Shown in pieces: positions 35,196 through 35,688 of a stretch of DNA of 35,688 bases. The translations under genes were made by a program, and so were the position numbers. Numbering within the stretch: position 1 is the stretch's first letter; every line of letters begins with the position of its first letter. The notes below the pieces were generated by a model, which was given only the letters and a program-made list of their open reading frames with translations, had not been told where the DNA came from and ran no database searches. Location: IMG/VR virus record IMGVR_UViG_3300027151_000003; one strand, 5' to 3'. The stretch comes from an uncultured virus (IMG/VR IMGVR_UViG_3300027151_000003) (lineage: Duplodnaviria; Heunggongvirae; Uroviricota; Caudoviricetes).

Positions 35196-35314
35196 CTGTG
35201 TAACCCTTCTTAGTCGCCATTATTGGCTTAGTTCCTATCTAAGTCTATTTCCGTATTTGACGCAAGGTGGCAGGGCATATATTTGATTACTTTTTGATAA
35301 CGATTATTGGTGGG

Positions 35315-35350
35315 TTATCCACAACCTGTTGAACAACCTATGAACAACCT
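35315..35350. promoter_or_regulatory. Consensus DnaA box plus triple ACAACCT repeat
   Basis: TTATCCACA at 35315-35323; ACAACCT at 35321, 35333, 35344. Confidence 0.5.
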
Positions 35351-35552
35351 TCTTATGCCTCTCTGTGAAAAATCGGCGCGGTAATAGGGTTATCTCTTGT
35401 TATATAGAGAGAGATATAGGGAAGGGATAGGACTACTGCTCTCTTGCGCTCTCTCTGCCTCTTATCATATAGCCGATAGGGCTACCCTGTCGTAAGTCTG
35501 GCTGTGCGCCCGATAAGCCTATCGGCTCTCTCGGCAGTAGCCCAAACTTCCG

Positions 35553-35618
35553 AACTTACTCTCTGCTCTCTCCGCTTTCAAGCCGACACGCCGTATCTCT
35601 CATGTGATAAGCGCCACA
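35553..35618 (-). promoter_or_regulatory. Leftward promoter with GACAC motif and CRP-like site
   Basis: Minus strand TTGAAA-N17-TAAGTT; GACAC 3 bp upstream of the -35 box; TGTGA-N6-CCACA at 35603-35618. Confidence 0.55.
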
Positions 35619-35634
35619 CGCCGTAGGGTTTGTG

Positions 35635-35688
35635 TTGGCTATAACTTCGTTATAGCCAATATTGCTATAAATACAAAGTATTTATAGC
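35635..35688. repeat. Two tandem perfect 11-3-11 inverted repeats
   Basis: TTGGCTATAAC-TTC-GTTATAGCCAA (35635-35659) and GCTATAAATAC-AAA-GTATTTATAGC (35664-35688). Confidence 0.75.

Noticed and set aside
30590..35220. Plus-strand ORFs and the alternative-frame ORF 34891-35220 in the right arm
   Set aside because: Overlap stronger minus-strand genes and show no motifs
35641..35654. loxP-like half-site ATAACTTCGT
   Set aside because: Diverges after 10 nt, lacks the 8-bp spacer and second arm, and no recombinase is present; explained by the local palindrome
1..35688. Stop-codon reassignment
   Set aside because: Genes are intact and densely packed under the standard code; no suppressor tRNA is present (the third anticodon is CTG, not CTA)

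Overview
This window is a 35.7-kb fragment of a tailed dsDNA phage genome, most likely infecting an actinobacterium (WhiB, FmdB-like zinc ribbon, MSMEG_6728-like protein, leaderless genes). It contains no recognisable head, tail, terminase or integrase genes. The + strand (1-28.7 kb) carries a replication/recombination module: HTH initiator with internal iterons, DnaC-like loader, DnaB, primase, dNMP kinase, SNF2 helicase, three tRNAs, a Leu762-type PolA, RecA, two resolvases and a Cas4-like nuclease. It continues with accessory genes (HslV-like peptidase, SpoVS, Hsp20, metallophosphoesterase), many small unknown ORFs, a nucleotidyltransferase / HAD / zinc ribbon / degenerate TGT-DpdA-like cluster and a class II ribonucleotide reductase. 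After a bidirectional terminator, the - strand carries an early-type region (MoxR-like AAA+ ATPase, vWA protein, many microproteins) driven from a site-rich control region at the right end. The most notable observations are: (i) four unannotated structured RNA elements with exposed C/U-rich loops, including two candidate sRNAs and two candidate pseudoknots; (ii) a TGT/DpdA-fold protein that appears to have lost its catalytic aspartates, in an operon with a nucleotidyltransferase and a HAD protein; (iii) six exact TANNNT-N6-start leaderless promoters; (iv) region-specific depletion of 4-bp palindromes. All calls were made by eye from motifs; no database searches or folding programs were run.
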